Below, piece by piece: positions 36,401 through 47,700 of a stretch of DNA of 64,000 bases. The notes under the pieces were generated by a model. It made no database searches, was not told where the DNA came from, and worked only from the letters and a program-made list of their open reading frames with translations. Positions within the stretch are counted from its first letter, which is position 1, and every line of letters starts with the position of its first letter. This stretch comes from Lama glama. Taxonomy: Eukaryota. The translations under genes were made by a program, and so were the position numbers. The DNA lies in the NCBI GenBank assembly GCA_028534125.1, contig CM052849.1, positions 20,646,001 through 20,710,000 on the forward strand, written 5' to 3'.

Positions 36401-37407
36401 GGGCCATCGAGGGGCTCTGGGTGCCCCTTTGTGTCTGTGAAGGGATTGGGGCGGGTTCAGAGTCCCAGTGAGCTTGCTCGCTGCTGGAGAGAGGGGTGCC
36501 CAGGGCTCCTTGGTCAGCCCCAAGGTGTCCCAGGCACAGGTGGCTGCCTGTCCCCCACAGCCTGGGGGGCAGCCTAGGTCCTGCCTCTTGGGCCCCTTCT
36601 GAGCTGTGCCTGGACAGGCCACCCTCAGCCCCACACCCTGTGGGTCTGATCACCAAGTGGAACCACATGTTGCCTGTCTGCGGCCGAGAGCACTTGGCGG
36701 CCGGCCCAGGAGGCAGACGCTTCCTCCTGGAATGTGCAGCAGAGCCCGGGCTGGGGGCCCTGCCAGAGAGGGGTCACAGGAGGGGGTTCTTCATGGGCCA
36801 GCCGCCATGGCCTCACTGTTACTGCTAGAAGGCCCGGGACATGCCAAGATGAGGGCAGTGTCCCTCATGCTGCTGGTCTGACAGCAGTGCCCTAACCACG
36901 CTGGTCTGAGGGAAATGTCCTCTCCCCACCTTTCTGAGGGCTGTGACCTGGCCGTGCCAGGTTGAGGGCAGCGCCCCACTTTTCACACAACCACGAGTCT
37001 GAAGGCAGAGCCCTGGCCCCTCCAGTCTAAGGGTGTGTTTTTGGAAGAGCTGGCTGTTACGTGCTCAGGAATTTCGCAGGCCAGCTGTTAAACTGTCGGT
37101 AGCTGGAAGCAGCCACAGTGTGAGTGTTCTCCGCGCAGAAGCAGAAACTGCAGGCGCTGCATGTCAGGCTCCCCTCCCCCCCAGGGGCCCCTTTGCCCCT
37201 ACCTCTCCGATGGCCTCATGGCCCACTTCCACTTCCAGAAGGGTCACCTTCAGTGAGGCCCGCTTCCCTGCTGTTGCCCTTCCAAAGCACCTGTGGCTGT
37301 CTGCCGGCGTGTGCTGGCCTCTTCTCTGAGGGTTCGGGAGGGCGGGCCCTTGTGTCTATTTGTGCTCACTGCCCAGAACAGAGCCATCTCACGGGCACTC
37401 AGTAAGC

Positions 37408-37479
37408 ACTGGGTGGGTGGTGGATGAACGGTAGATGGGTGGGCGGACAAATGGATGGATGGATGGGTGGGTGGGTGGG
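37408..37479. repeat. (TGGA/TGGG)n microsatellite, probably an expanded L2 tail
   Basis: ggatggatggatgggtgggtgggtggg preceded by 'ggcactcagtaagcact'. Confidence 0.75.
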
Positions 37480-38139
37480 CCACAAGTCTCGGGGTGGGCA
37501 CAGTCACAGGAGCCCCCAGCTGCCCTCTCGGACAGTCCCAGGGACTGTAATCTTGTCTCTCCAGCCCCAGCTGGAGGTGGAGGCGTGCCATCCCTGGCTC
37601 TCTGGCATAGCTGGCCAGCAGCACTTCTAAGCAGGTAGGAAGCAGAGAGGGCGCCAGGACAGCCAGACCCGAGCTTGGTGACCGGCCATCCCAGTGTGTC
37701 CAGGATTGGGGTGGTTCCCAGGGCACATGACTGTTTCACAGGATTTTCTGAGACATGGGACTTCCAGAGCTAAAACCAGCCACCTGAGGAAGGATGGCTG
37801 ACCCCAGCCTGCCCTCTCCGGCAGGGCACCACCGAGGAGTCAGGACAAGGTGTCCCCTCTGGGGACCAGCTCAGAGGAGACAACTCGTGTGAACGTATGA
37901 AGTGGAACGTGGCATCCTCCCTCCTCGCATTCCAGCTACGTGTGGGTTGTGCTTCAGCCTCTGCTTCTCCTCCCCACCTTGCTGGGTGTCCTTGTGCAGT
38001 GAGCAACCTGCACAGCTGTACGCAGCAGCCCTGCACCAGGCCTTTCCAGTCCTTGTAGTATCTCTGGGTCCAGCCACCTTCTTCTGCGGCAGGGACCCTG
38101 CCCTGAGCTCAACCCAGAATACTGTCCCCCAGCAGTGAG

Positions 38140-38208
38140 ACCATCCCTGACAAGCTTCTGGGTGCCGCTGATGCTGCTGGTCCAGGGACCCCACTTTGAA
38201 AACCATTG
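38140..38208. mobile_element. MER5A-like hAT terminal fragment
   Basis: 'acaagcttctgggtgccgctgatgctgctggtccagggaccccactttgaaaaccattg' matches the MER5A end. Confidence 0.7.
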
Positions 38209-39584
38209 GACAGGGGCATTTGTTTTCTTGCAGAGACTCCCCTCAGCAAGGCAGCCAGGAAGGTCCCCCGGGCTGGGATTGTCCCTCCTTTTGGTGAGGC
38301 CTATCATGAGGTTCAGAGGCAAGAAAGGCCCATTCCCACGGGGCAGTTAGAGCCCAGCTGGTGACAACAGGGACACCTAGGGGCTTCTCAGTGCTGGTCC
38401 TGGGCTCAGGCTCACAGGCAGAACCTCTCTCTCACCCCCATAGTGCCTGTGAAGGCTGAAGGCATCCCCATTTCACAGATGAGGAAGCTCAGGCTTGAGG
38501 AAGGTCGGACGAGGCAGCACTAGTTCAGGGTCTCCGCGTTCACCGTTTGGCTGAGCAGGGTGGAGCCAGTGAGGCTGGGGTCCCACAGGCTCGTGACGGG
38601 GGTGGGGGCAGGGGGTCCTGCCTGGGGGAGGCCTGGGACTCTGCTCTGGGCCTGCCGCGGGGAGGGAGGGTGGTACCGAGGCCAGGGCTTCCCGCAGGTG
38701 TGGCTAGTCCAGCTTCCCGAGGGGGCTTGCTCTCGCCTGAGCCCTGGCACCCTGCGCCCCAGGTTGACACTGGTTCTGTGTTTTGTCATTACGCTCTGCC
38801 CTCTACACAACGCAGGGATCAGTGGCTTGGCAGGGGTTGCATCGCACTTCAGGACCTAGGGCTGCCCTGGGGGCAGGGGCTCTGAGGCGCTGCCTTGAGA
38901 GGGGCTTCTGGCTTAGCCCACCATGGGGTCTGCAGGAGGAAGGGCTCAGGCCATGAGAGGGTTCCGCAGGGACCCGAGAGTCTTCCAGAGCGTAGCTGGC
39001 GCACCTTGCTCACCGGTCCTGGCCTTTCACCCCAGCTGGGGTCTCCAGGGCTGAAGGACGCTTAATGACAAAATGGCTGGGTGTGGAGGACTGGGCCTCA
39101 CTGACCTTGGTTTTGGGGCAGATTCTCAGTATTCCAGAGCTCTGAGAGTGTGTGCACTGGGCTGGGAGGCCTGGTGCGTAAAGAGGAGGGAACATCCCGC
39201 AGTGTCCCCACGCTGTCCCATGGGGACATTGGCAGCACCTGCGGCAGGAGTCATGGGGTGCTAGGCAGCGTGCTGGCCAAGAACCATGACTTCGGAAGGT
39301 TTGGACTGTCAGTGTGTGTCCAGACAAAGATGCGGGAATGAGAGGTGGTGGGACAGCAGAGCTCACTAGGTCCTGCAGGGAAGGCCAGGGTGGGGGCAGC
39401 CAGGAGCTGAGGAGACCAGGAGGTGGGAGGTGAAGCCAACGTGGTTCAGGGGTGGCGACTTCCTGGGCCTGGGAGGGTGAGGGGGTCAGGGGCTGTGATG
39501 TGCATCCCTTCCCCGCAGCTTTGTGAGGTGTGAAATTATTTCCAAGTAAAAATTAAAACACAAGCAGGCTTCTGAGTCTACTTC

Positions 39585-39850
39585 CTGCACTGTCACTTAA
39601 CCTCTCTGGGCCTTGATTTCCTCCTCTGTAAAATGGGCACAAAGTGTCTAATCAGGGCTTTTGTGTGAAGAGTGAAAAGCTAAGGGCAGGCTCTCAGTGC
39701 AGCCATGTCTCTGGAGATTCCGGCAGGTATGGGACAAGGCAGCAGCTAGCCTAGTGGGTACTACTTGCTTCATTCTGCAGATGACAGAACTAAGGCACAG
39801 AGAGGTTGAGTAATGGCCCTGGGACACACAGTGGGGAGTGGCCCGGTCAC
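39585..39850. mobile_element. Two MIR core fragments in opposite orientation
   Basis: 'gtcacttaacctctctgggccttgatttcctcctctgtaaaatggg' (+) and 'ttctgcagatgacagaactaaggcacagagaggttgagtaatggccc' (-). Confidence 0.7.
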
Positions 39851-40333
39851 ACACAGCTCTGCAGATCTTGCAGCCCGGACTGCCCACCGTGGATTGTGGT
39901 GAGGACTGAGGAGGCCTGTGAGCGGTGGGCGTATGGGGAGCAGGAACAGGGGTGAATTGCCGCCGCTGGCCTGTCTTGACGCCCGGTGACCCAACCCTGG
40001 TGGAGGGGAACAGCTCAGGCAGCCCACTGGCCTGCTCCCCATCCAGGCGTCTTTCAAATCATCCGCCGGCTGGAGGGAAGGGGGCCACTGCAGTTTTGTC
40101 ATCCTGTGCCAGCCCTTCGCCCCCCGCGGGGCACCTCTTTCCCATTCTGCATAGGAATGGGCATTACTGGGCTGTAAATGGTCAGCTCTGCCCCTCCCGC
40201 CCCCTCCCTGGGTTTCGGCCCAGAGGGATGGGGTCGGGGTGGGGGTGAGGCGCCTGAGCCTGGCCGTGTGCCTGCCCCACCCCACAGGCAGGGCCGTGGT
40301 GTGTTTGCTGAGCCCGTCTCTCCCTGTCCCCAG

Positions 40334-40438
40334 ATGAAGGTCACAGTGTCCAGAGGGGGCGACCACAACAGTGATGGCGACAGCTTCCGAGAAGCCACCA
40401 GCTCCCGGAGGAGCAGTTCTCGGGACCAGCTCAGTGAC
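40334..40438 (+). CDS. FBRSL1: Fibrosin-like 1, canonical coding exon 3 (105 nt)
   Basis: Acceptor tctctccctgtccccag|, donor GAC|gtgagt. Encodes MKVTVSRGGDHNSDGDSFREATSSRRSSSRDQLSD. Confidence 0.93.
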
Positions 40439-42512
40439 GTGAGTACCCCAGCCCCTCACCGCAACGTTCCTGGGTCCCCAGGGTGACTGCCGCAAGCCCT
40501 TTGCTTAGGGGCCCGGAGTCTCACTTGAGGGTTTTGTGCTCACAATTAGCATTCGCCTTCATTAAAACATGATTTTTCACTAATTAGGACTTCCCTGTCG
40601 GGGGCATTTAAATGAGGAACTACCATTCCGCACAGGCAGGAGCCGGTGGAGGCGGCTGTGGGGGGGCTCTGTCCAGCTGGGGCTGGGCGCGGGGTGGGTG
40701 CCAGGCGGTCAGCAGCCCACCCCGCTCCACTTGCTTCCACAGGCAGAGTTGTGGTCTGGGAGGCAGGACTCCCGCCAGTGTGTTTACCAGAAAGGGCGGT
40801 GGGAAGTGCGACTGGCCAGGCGAGTGGTCCTGCACTGCAGGGAACAAGCCGGAAGTTCTCCCACCCGCCCCGCGGACCGCCCTATCCGCTCAGGCCAGCA
40901 GCCTGCATGGTGAGGTGGCGGTAGGGTGCCCCTCTGAGGCAGGTGCCCCTCTGAGGCACAAGCTGGCCTGGATCTGGGGATACCCTTCGGTGTCCTGTCT
41001 GAAAGACAGGTCCCTGAGCTTAGGTCCCTGGGGGCACCAGTGTGGGGGGGCCCCAGGGGCTCCCACTGGGGTTTGACCAGTGACGGGGGTGCTGGGTGGC
41101 CTTCCAGGGCCCCTGCGTCTCCCTAGAGCTTGGAAAGAGTGGATGGGGCTGGTGCAGCAAGGGCTAGGAGTGGGGGCAGAGGGGCCCAGCGGGGAGGACT
41201 CAGGCGGAAGGGTCCCCCAGAAGGAAGCTTCGCTCCCGGAAGAGGCCTTTGTCTCCTTGACCCCCAGCTGCAGAAGTGGCCGCGGAGCAGAGGTGGGTTT
41301 TCTGCCGGGCTAAATGGAACAAGTCTCTTCATTATCATTTAAATGGAGGCTGGGGGAGGGCGGACGCGGAGGCCGGGAGGAGGGCCTAATTGCCCGGCTC
41401 CGAGCTTGTAGCCACAAGACGGGAAAATAGGCTGGTAATTGTCTGGGGCCGCGGGGGCTGCCCTATTTCGAACTCCTCTAATTGTCGGCCAGGATGAATG
41501 GAGAGATTCTGAGCACAGCAAGGGCCGGCGTGAAGGCGCATGCTCATGGGCAATTATGATGCCTTAGCCACCCCCTTCGGCAGGGCCAGGGTCTGCCTGG
41601 GGAAGGGGGAGGGGTCCCCCAACCCCTGCTGAGCAGAGTGGAGCCGCCCAGGCTGCAGTGCCGCCTGCCCTCCCAGACGCCCCTGGGTCCCTCCCAGTGC
41701 ATGCTGGACCCTGGTCTGTGGTTCCCACATCCTGGACAAGCCCGTTCTCGCCAACTGCTGGAGGCCCCCCTCACACACACCTGCCCAGCCAGTCACCGCG
41801 TCCTGTCCTCCTGTGCCTTGGAGGTCAGCCCTGGTGAACACCACCAGCCCTGGGGACCTTGTGAAACACACTTAACTGGTTTCTTTCGTCAGGTCAGAAA
41901 TGCCCATTTGAGCCAAAGGGAGCCCCATCCAGCACTGGGTCACCCTCATGGGGCTTCCTGGGATGGCTGCCAGCCTCCCGGCCACAGCTGACCCATCTGA
42001 CACCTGAGGCCCAAAGTTACCCGCCCAGCTCCTCCTCCAGGAAGCCTTCCCTGAGGTTCCCCGCTGGACCTCGTGACCCTGGGAGGCTGGTGGGTGACAA
42101 GGGACAAGTCGACCTGAGCATAGAGGAGTTTGACCCCCCGCCCAGAACCATGTGTAGAACCCAGGGCTGGGTCTCTGGGAGGGGCCGAGACCTGGCCAAG
42201 GGTTGAGCCCATCCCTGAGGAACATCGGGGCTTTGCCTGCCTCTCTGTTGGGGTGACTCTGCTGGGCTGGACCACGTCTCCCGGGTCTGGGGGTGGCAGG
42301 TTCCTCATGAGGGTCCTCAGGGCTCCGTGATGCTCTGCTGTGTGGTCCCCAGCCCAGAATGCCAGCAGAGACCCAGGAGTGGTCTAACTGGCCTGGCTTG
42401 GGCTCACAGTATCCTGCCAGGCAGGTTCTCTGACTGCTCAGGTCCTCGGGGGGAGGGTGGCCATCGAGGGTCTGCGACCTGGTTTCTAACTGTCCTTCTT
42501 CCTTCTCTGCAG

Positions 42513-42548
42513 AGCTCGGCGCAGGCGGTCTCAGGCAGAGGTTACTCC
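42513..42548 (+). CDS. FBRSL1: Fibrosin-like 1, canonical coding exon 4 (36 nt)
   Basis: Branch-like ttctaac, tract tgtccttcttccttctctgcag|, donor TCC|gtaagt. Encodes SSAQAVSGRGYS. Confidence 0.92.
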
Positions 42549-43014
42549 GTAAGTCTCCCGCTCTCCCACTGTCTGCTCCCCACATGCCCCTCGGGACCCC
42601 CGACTGTGCTGAACGCTGCCTCCAGGCTGGAAGTGGGTTTGTACAGGGGTGGGGATGGGGCCAAAAGTGGGCCAATTCAGAGGGCCCGTCACTCCCTCCC
42701 AGGGTCCTGCCCTGCAGCCCTGGACTGCGAGGAGTGGGCGGTGGGGCAGGACACTCCACCTCTGGGGCCGGTGGGGCAGCGCTTGGTGTCGGGGGCCCCG
42801 GGCATGGAGCAGCACCCCCCTGCCCTGACACCCTCTCCCCTGTCCATGCTCAGCCCAGGCCAGGGAGGCTGCACTGGGGCATGAGCGCCCTAGCTGTCGT
42901 CAGGGGTCTGGTAGGGGGAGGTCCAGGGGAAGGAAGGGGCAGGCCTGTGGTGGCTGATACTCCAGCTATGGCAGGGGTACCCTCCCTGTCCCCCAGCCCC
43001 CTCCTCACATCCTC

Positions 43015-43266
43015 ATGACTTTATTTCATTTCTCCTTAAGTATCAGGAGGAACGTTAATGACACCATAAACCCCAGAGCTCCATAAAGGCCGTTTCTACA
43101 GATTTACAGCCATTTCGGCTCACTGGAGGGCAGGGGCCCAGGCTCCGCCTGCCTCATCCCCACAGCCCCTGATTTACTGCCAGTTCCCAAGTGCCAGGGT
43201 GTGACAGGCTGGCTCTCTAAATCACAGCGGCTTTTTATAGGGTGTGTAATTAACCCATTAATTCCC
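43015..43266. promoter_or_regulatory. Candidate HOX/PBX/MEIS enhancer
   Basis: CCATAAA x2, TGATTTAC, TGACAG, TAAATCA, TTTATAG and TAATTA clustered in an AT-rich island. Confidence 0.5.
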
Positions 43267-44414
43267 TGGTGGTGGGGACAGCCATGGATCCCTGGCCCTT
43301 CCCTCCCCTAGCTCCCCAGCCCCCAGGATCTGCCAGCCCAGGAAGTCTGCCTTCTGCCTCCGGCCTGGCCAGCCATAGCATCTACGAGTCGTTGACCGGG
43401 GGCGCTGCATATCTGGGCGGTGGTCCCGGTGCCACCTGAGGGGAGTTCCCTGGGGAGGACTCTGCCCTCCTTGGGCGGCCTTGGTGCTCTCAGCTGTTGT
43501 CACAGTCATGGTTGGCGGCCCCAGGCTGCTCCTGCCTCCCACAGACCTGGGCAGGCCGACCATGCCTACGGCCCCTGGGAGTTGACCATGTTGGCAGAGC
43601 AGCGTTCGGGCCAGGGCCTGGGCCAGGACCGGGCTCCAGGCGGGAACAGAGCAGGCAGACCTGCACTGTGGGAGGCGACTGACAGTGACGCGCTGGGTGG
43701 TACAAATCGGGACTGGGGAAAGCTGGGACAGTGATGGGGACAGTGGGGGGCCAGAAGGCCCACCAGCACGCACCAGTCCCGGTGGGTCCAGGAGTCCTGA
43801 GGGGCTGGGCTTGGGGATGCCCTGTGCCGAGTCGTGGCTGAGAGACCCAGGGCCGCTGGGATCTCCCTTGGATGGCCGCTCTGCTTCCACATCCCCACAC
43901 GTCATTCATGGTCTTCTCCCCAGAACGTTGCTTTGAACGTTGCCTGGCGAAGACCCTGTGATTGACCCGCCAGCTGCTTGCAGCTTAACCCCCCACAACC
44001 GCTGCACAGGAGTGACAGATGGCGTCAGGCAGGGCCCAGCCTGCTGCTGAGCCATGGGGGTCCCTGAACTGTGTCTGCAGACGGTCTGCAGGTGTGCCGG
44101 CTGGGCCCTGCTGTGTGCCGGCTGGCACTGCAAGGGCATGTGGTCGACCTGGCCCTGGTAGTCCTCTGGTCCACTTGGTGTGATGGCAGGTGGGGCTGCC
44201 CCTGGGGCTGGAGGAGTGGGAACGGGGCCCAGAGGACCCTTGCCCAGCAGGTGGAGGCTCTGGGCTGGGGCCAGAGGGATAGGGCTTGGGGGCCAGCTGG
44301 GCCGAGCTCAGGGCAGCTGCACTCCAGCCTCTAGATACGGACTTCGCCATGGAGCCCTCAAACTGGAGGGTGCACGCTCAGGTGGGGCTGCTTCTGTGTG
44401 GCTCTCAGCGAAAG

Positions 44415-44780
44415 GGGAGTGTGTGGGGTGCTTCCTTGTGTGTTGACATGTGTGTCACATGCACGTGCCAGTGAGGTGGTGTCTCTGTGTGGCCGTGGTG
44501 GGGCTGCAGACCTGCACCCAGAAGGGTTGCATGTTTCTCTCTGGCCGTCTGTGTGAGTCGGGGTCTTGTCCTCTTGTGAATCTGGGGATGCCTGGATGTG
44601 TCTGTGGCTGTGGCAAATGTGCGTTTATGTGCTGGTGAGTGCGTGCATGCCACACGTGTGTGTCTGCATGTAAGTGTCCATCTAGGAGCCTGTGTCTGGG
44701 CATGGCACGGTGCATCTGTGACTCTGCAGTACGTGTGTGTGTGTGATCTCTGGCCACATGACACTGCCTGTGTGTGCGTT
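44415..44780. repeat. Degenerate (TG/CA)-rich low-complexity tract
   Basis: Many tgtgtg/tgcatg/cacgtg units. Confidence 0.6.
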
Positions 44781-47700
44781 GGCCCCTGTGCCCCTTACCG
44801 CCTATGCGTGTCTACAGTTGGGGTCTCAGGCCCAAAAGGGTCATGCTAGGCCTCGCCTCTCCCAGACAGGACCCCCCCACGCCTGTGCTAAGTGATGTGG
44901 GACGTCTGTCATCTGACCTGGTTTATAGACTGTACTTAAAGGGGGTTAATTTGCCAAGGTTTATCCCCAGCAAATCCCCAATTATTGCTCATCCTCCCCC
45001 ACTTCTGTCCCGAAAGCTCAGTGCGGCCTCCCAGCACGCCATCAGATGTTCATTAGTGCCATCAAATTAGTTAGGAAGTCATTTTCTTCATTTGGCGGCT
45101 TGTGACCAAGGACGTGTGGATTCCTCTCCCCTGCGGCAGGGGACTTGGGAGTTTTCGCTACTAAAAAGCAATGAGGATCTACTGAGGCAGAGAGGCCCGC
45201 CCTGCCCCAGTGTGTGGAGTGTTCTGGAAGGGGGCCTGTGCCCACCGCAGGCACCCCTGTCAGGAGGGGCCTCTGCTCGGGGCCGTACTCTGAGCTGAGA
45301 CTCAGGGCCGGGTGGGCCACTGACTCCAGACACGCCCCAGCGCCCCCTCGGCCCTCTCCCACCCAGCACCAGCCTCCACAGGCCCCCGGTCACCGTGGGC
45401 AGGAAGATCGGGCCTTCCCTCCGTCTTACCGCGCCCTGAGCCCACAGCACTGGCGCCCACTTGGCCGCAGGCCTGCAAGTGCCTCTCCCACCCCGCCGCT
45501 TGTTGGCTCACCTTTCCCATCCCTTGGGGACAGCGCTCGCCCGCGCATCAGGGCACATTTCGTAGTCCCTCCTCCCCTCAGCAGCATCTACTGAGCGTCC
45601 CCTGCACCCGTCAGCAGTGCTGGGAAGGGGCCAACCAGCCAGCTTCCCGGCCCCGGGGCTCCTGATCTGGGGGAGAAGGTGCTGAACAAAGCAGCTAAGT
45701 GTGGTCCCCAGGGAGGTAGTGAGTGCTGTGGAGGGACGGGACGGGGAGGGGTAGGCAAGGGGTGGCCCGAAGCCTCCCAGCCTCCCCCGGACACAGGGAG
45801 CAGCTGTGCAAAGACCCTGAGGCGGGAAGGCCTGGGTGAGGCTCTGACTCTGGTTCCCAGCAGAGCAGTGGTGGGTTGGGAGGAAGCAGCAAGTGCCTGC
45901 ACCCCAGGCCAGCAGCCTGGAGGCGGAGGTATGCCTGTGAGAGAGCGGCCTCCAGACTCGGTGCGGAAGGGCACGGGCCGCCCACGGCCCACCTGCACCG
46001 GCAGGGCCCGCCTGCCAAACCTGCCAGGGCAGCCCCTCCCCCGTTACACACACGGCATAATTAGCTGATTGGCTTGATTGCCTCCAGGGGGTTTCTGTTA
46101 ATCTCCCATCACCAACCGTGGCACCTCCTCTGGGTCTCTGGGGCCTCCACACCCCAGGCCCCTGGCCCAGGTGGGTGTCCTCAGATGCCATGCAGCCCAG
46201 CTGGTGCCCTGCCACAGGGCCATGGAGGAAGACTGCTGCAGCCTGTGGCTTGCCCCTGGCTGGGCCCTTCACTCAGAGCCCGGGCGGCAGGGCACAGTTA
46301 AAACTAGCAGCCGGCAGGGCCCCGACAGAGCGGGCCCAAGGCTGGCACTGTGTCGGTCCTTCAGTTGCTGAGAAAGTCTCGCAGGGCAGGTGGGGCGCGG
46401 GAGCTCACCGTGGAAATACCGCAACATCTGGGGCCTCCGGGAGAGTCCAAGGCCAAGGCTGGGGTCAGGGAAGTCTCCTTTACTCCCTTGCCTGGGGCTT
46501 GCTCCCAGCGGGTGGCAGGTGACAGTCCAAGAGCGGGAGCCGAGAGTGGGCACCAGGAGCGGGCGGGAGCAGTGGCGTGGCTTCGTAAGTTCCCGGTCTC
46601 CTGGAGTCGGGGGGTGCTGTAGACAGCAGATGTCTGCCGAGCACCAGAGCCCCGCCGCAGACCAGGCTCTGCCTGGGTGCAGCAACAGGCCAGGCCAGCC
46701 TGCTCAGGTCCGCTTCCCATCCGCCCAGCACGCGCGATCTCCAGTCTGTGCAGCCCATGTGTGCCCGTGAATGTGCACCCCTTCCTCCTGGAAGGGTCGT
46801 CGGGCTCAATGCTCAGGTTTCTCCCCAGGGACACGCTCTGGCAGGAGGGGCGCAGCGCTGCCTTCTGGGAACCCCAGGTGTGGGCTCGGGAGGGCAGAGC
46901 AGGTGGCCCCCGGGGGATGGGGTGCCGAGCTCAGGGTACCCAGATGGTTTCCGTGTGAGCCGGGGATAGTCGTGTTTAGAAATGAGGTAATTGCTGGGGA
47001 GCTCAGCTCTAGGAAGCATCAGACAGCAGAAGGGCGGGTGGGCTGGCAGAGTTGCCTGGGGCCCCTGAGCCGTCCTGAGGCCTGCCTGCCCCACCACGCT
47101 CACCCTGGGGGCAGCACAGGCCCCCCCCACCCCAGACGGCAGAGCCCTCTGCTGCCCTGGCCGGTGTGGGCCTCTGCTGACCCGCACAGTGTGCGGCCCT
47201 GTAGCGCAGGCTCCGCCTTTACGAGGCAGGTTTATGACATCCATTACCCTGCTCCGTGGGCCACTTCCGAGCAGCCATAATTTGTACAAAAGCAATAAAA
47301 AACCCGTCAGCCTCTCCCTGGAGTCGGGGGAGCTGCATTCTCCTTCCACCTTTAAGCACAAGACAGTCCTTAAGCCGGCGGCTGGGAAGTGGCCACTGCT
47401 CAGGGGTCAGCAGAGACGGCGGGTGTGCGGTGGGCAGTGTCCTTACCTGTGATGCAGCCCCAGCCCAGGCCTGGCCTCCTGTCAGGGGATCCACCTGTCC
47501 TCCCGTTCTTCTGTCCAGCCAGCCTTCCCTCAGCTCACCTCTCAGGGTCCCTGGGGTGCAGCTGTGGCCCACATTTGAGCAGTTGGAGAACATGGAGGTC
47601 CTTCCCTGTGGGTTGGTAGAGAGCCGCTGTGCCCCCCGGCCCTGTCTTCAGCATGTCTCCTGGATAGCCGGTGGGTAGGGAGTGGCCAGCACCACTTTGG

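Noticed and set aside
40925-40958. 17-bp tandem duplication ggtgcccctctgaggca x2
   Set aside because: Isolated slippage-type duplication in an intron with no evidence of function.
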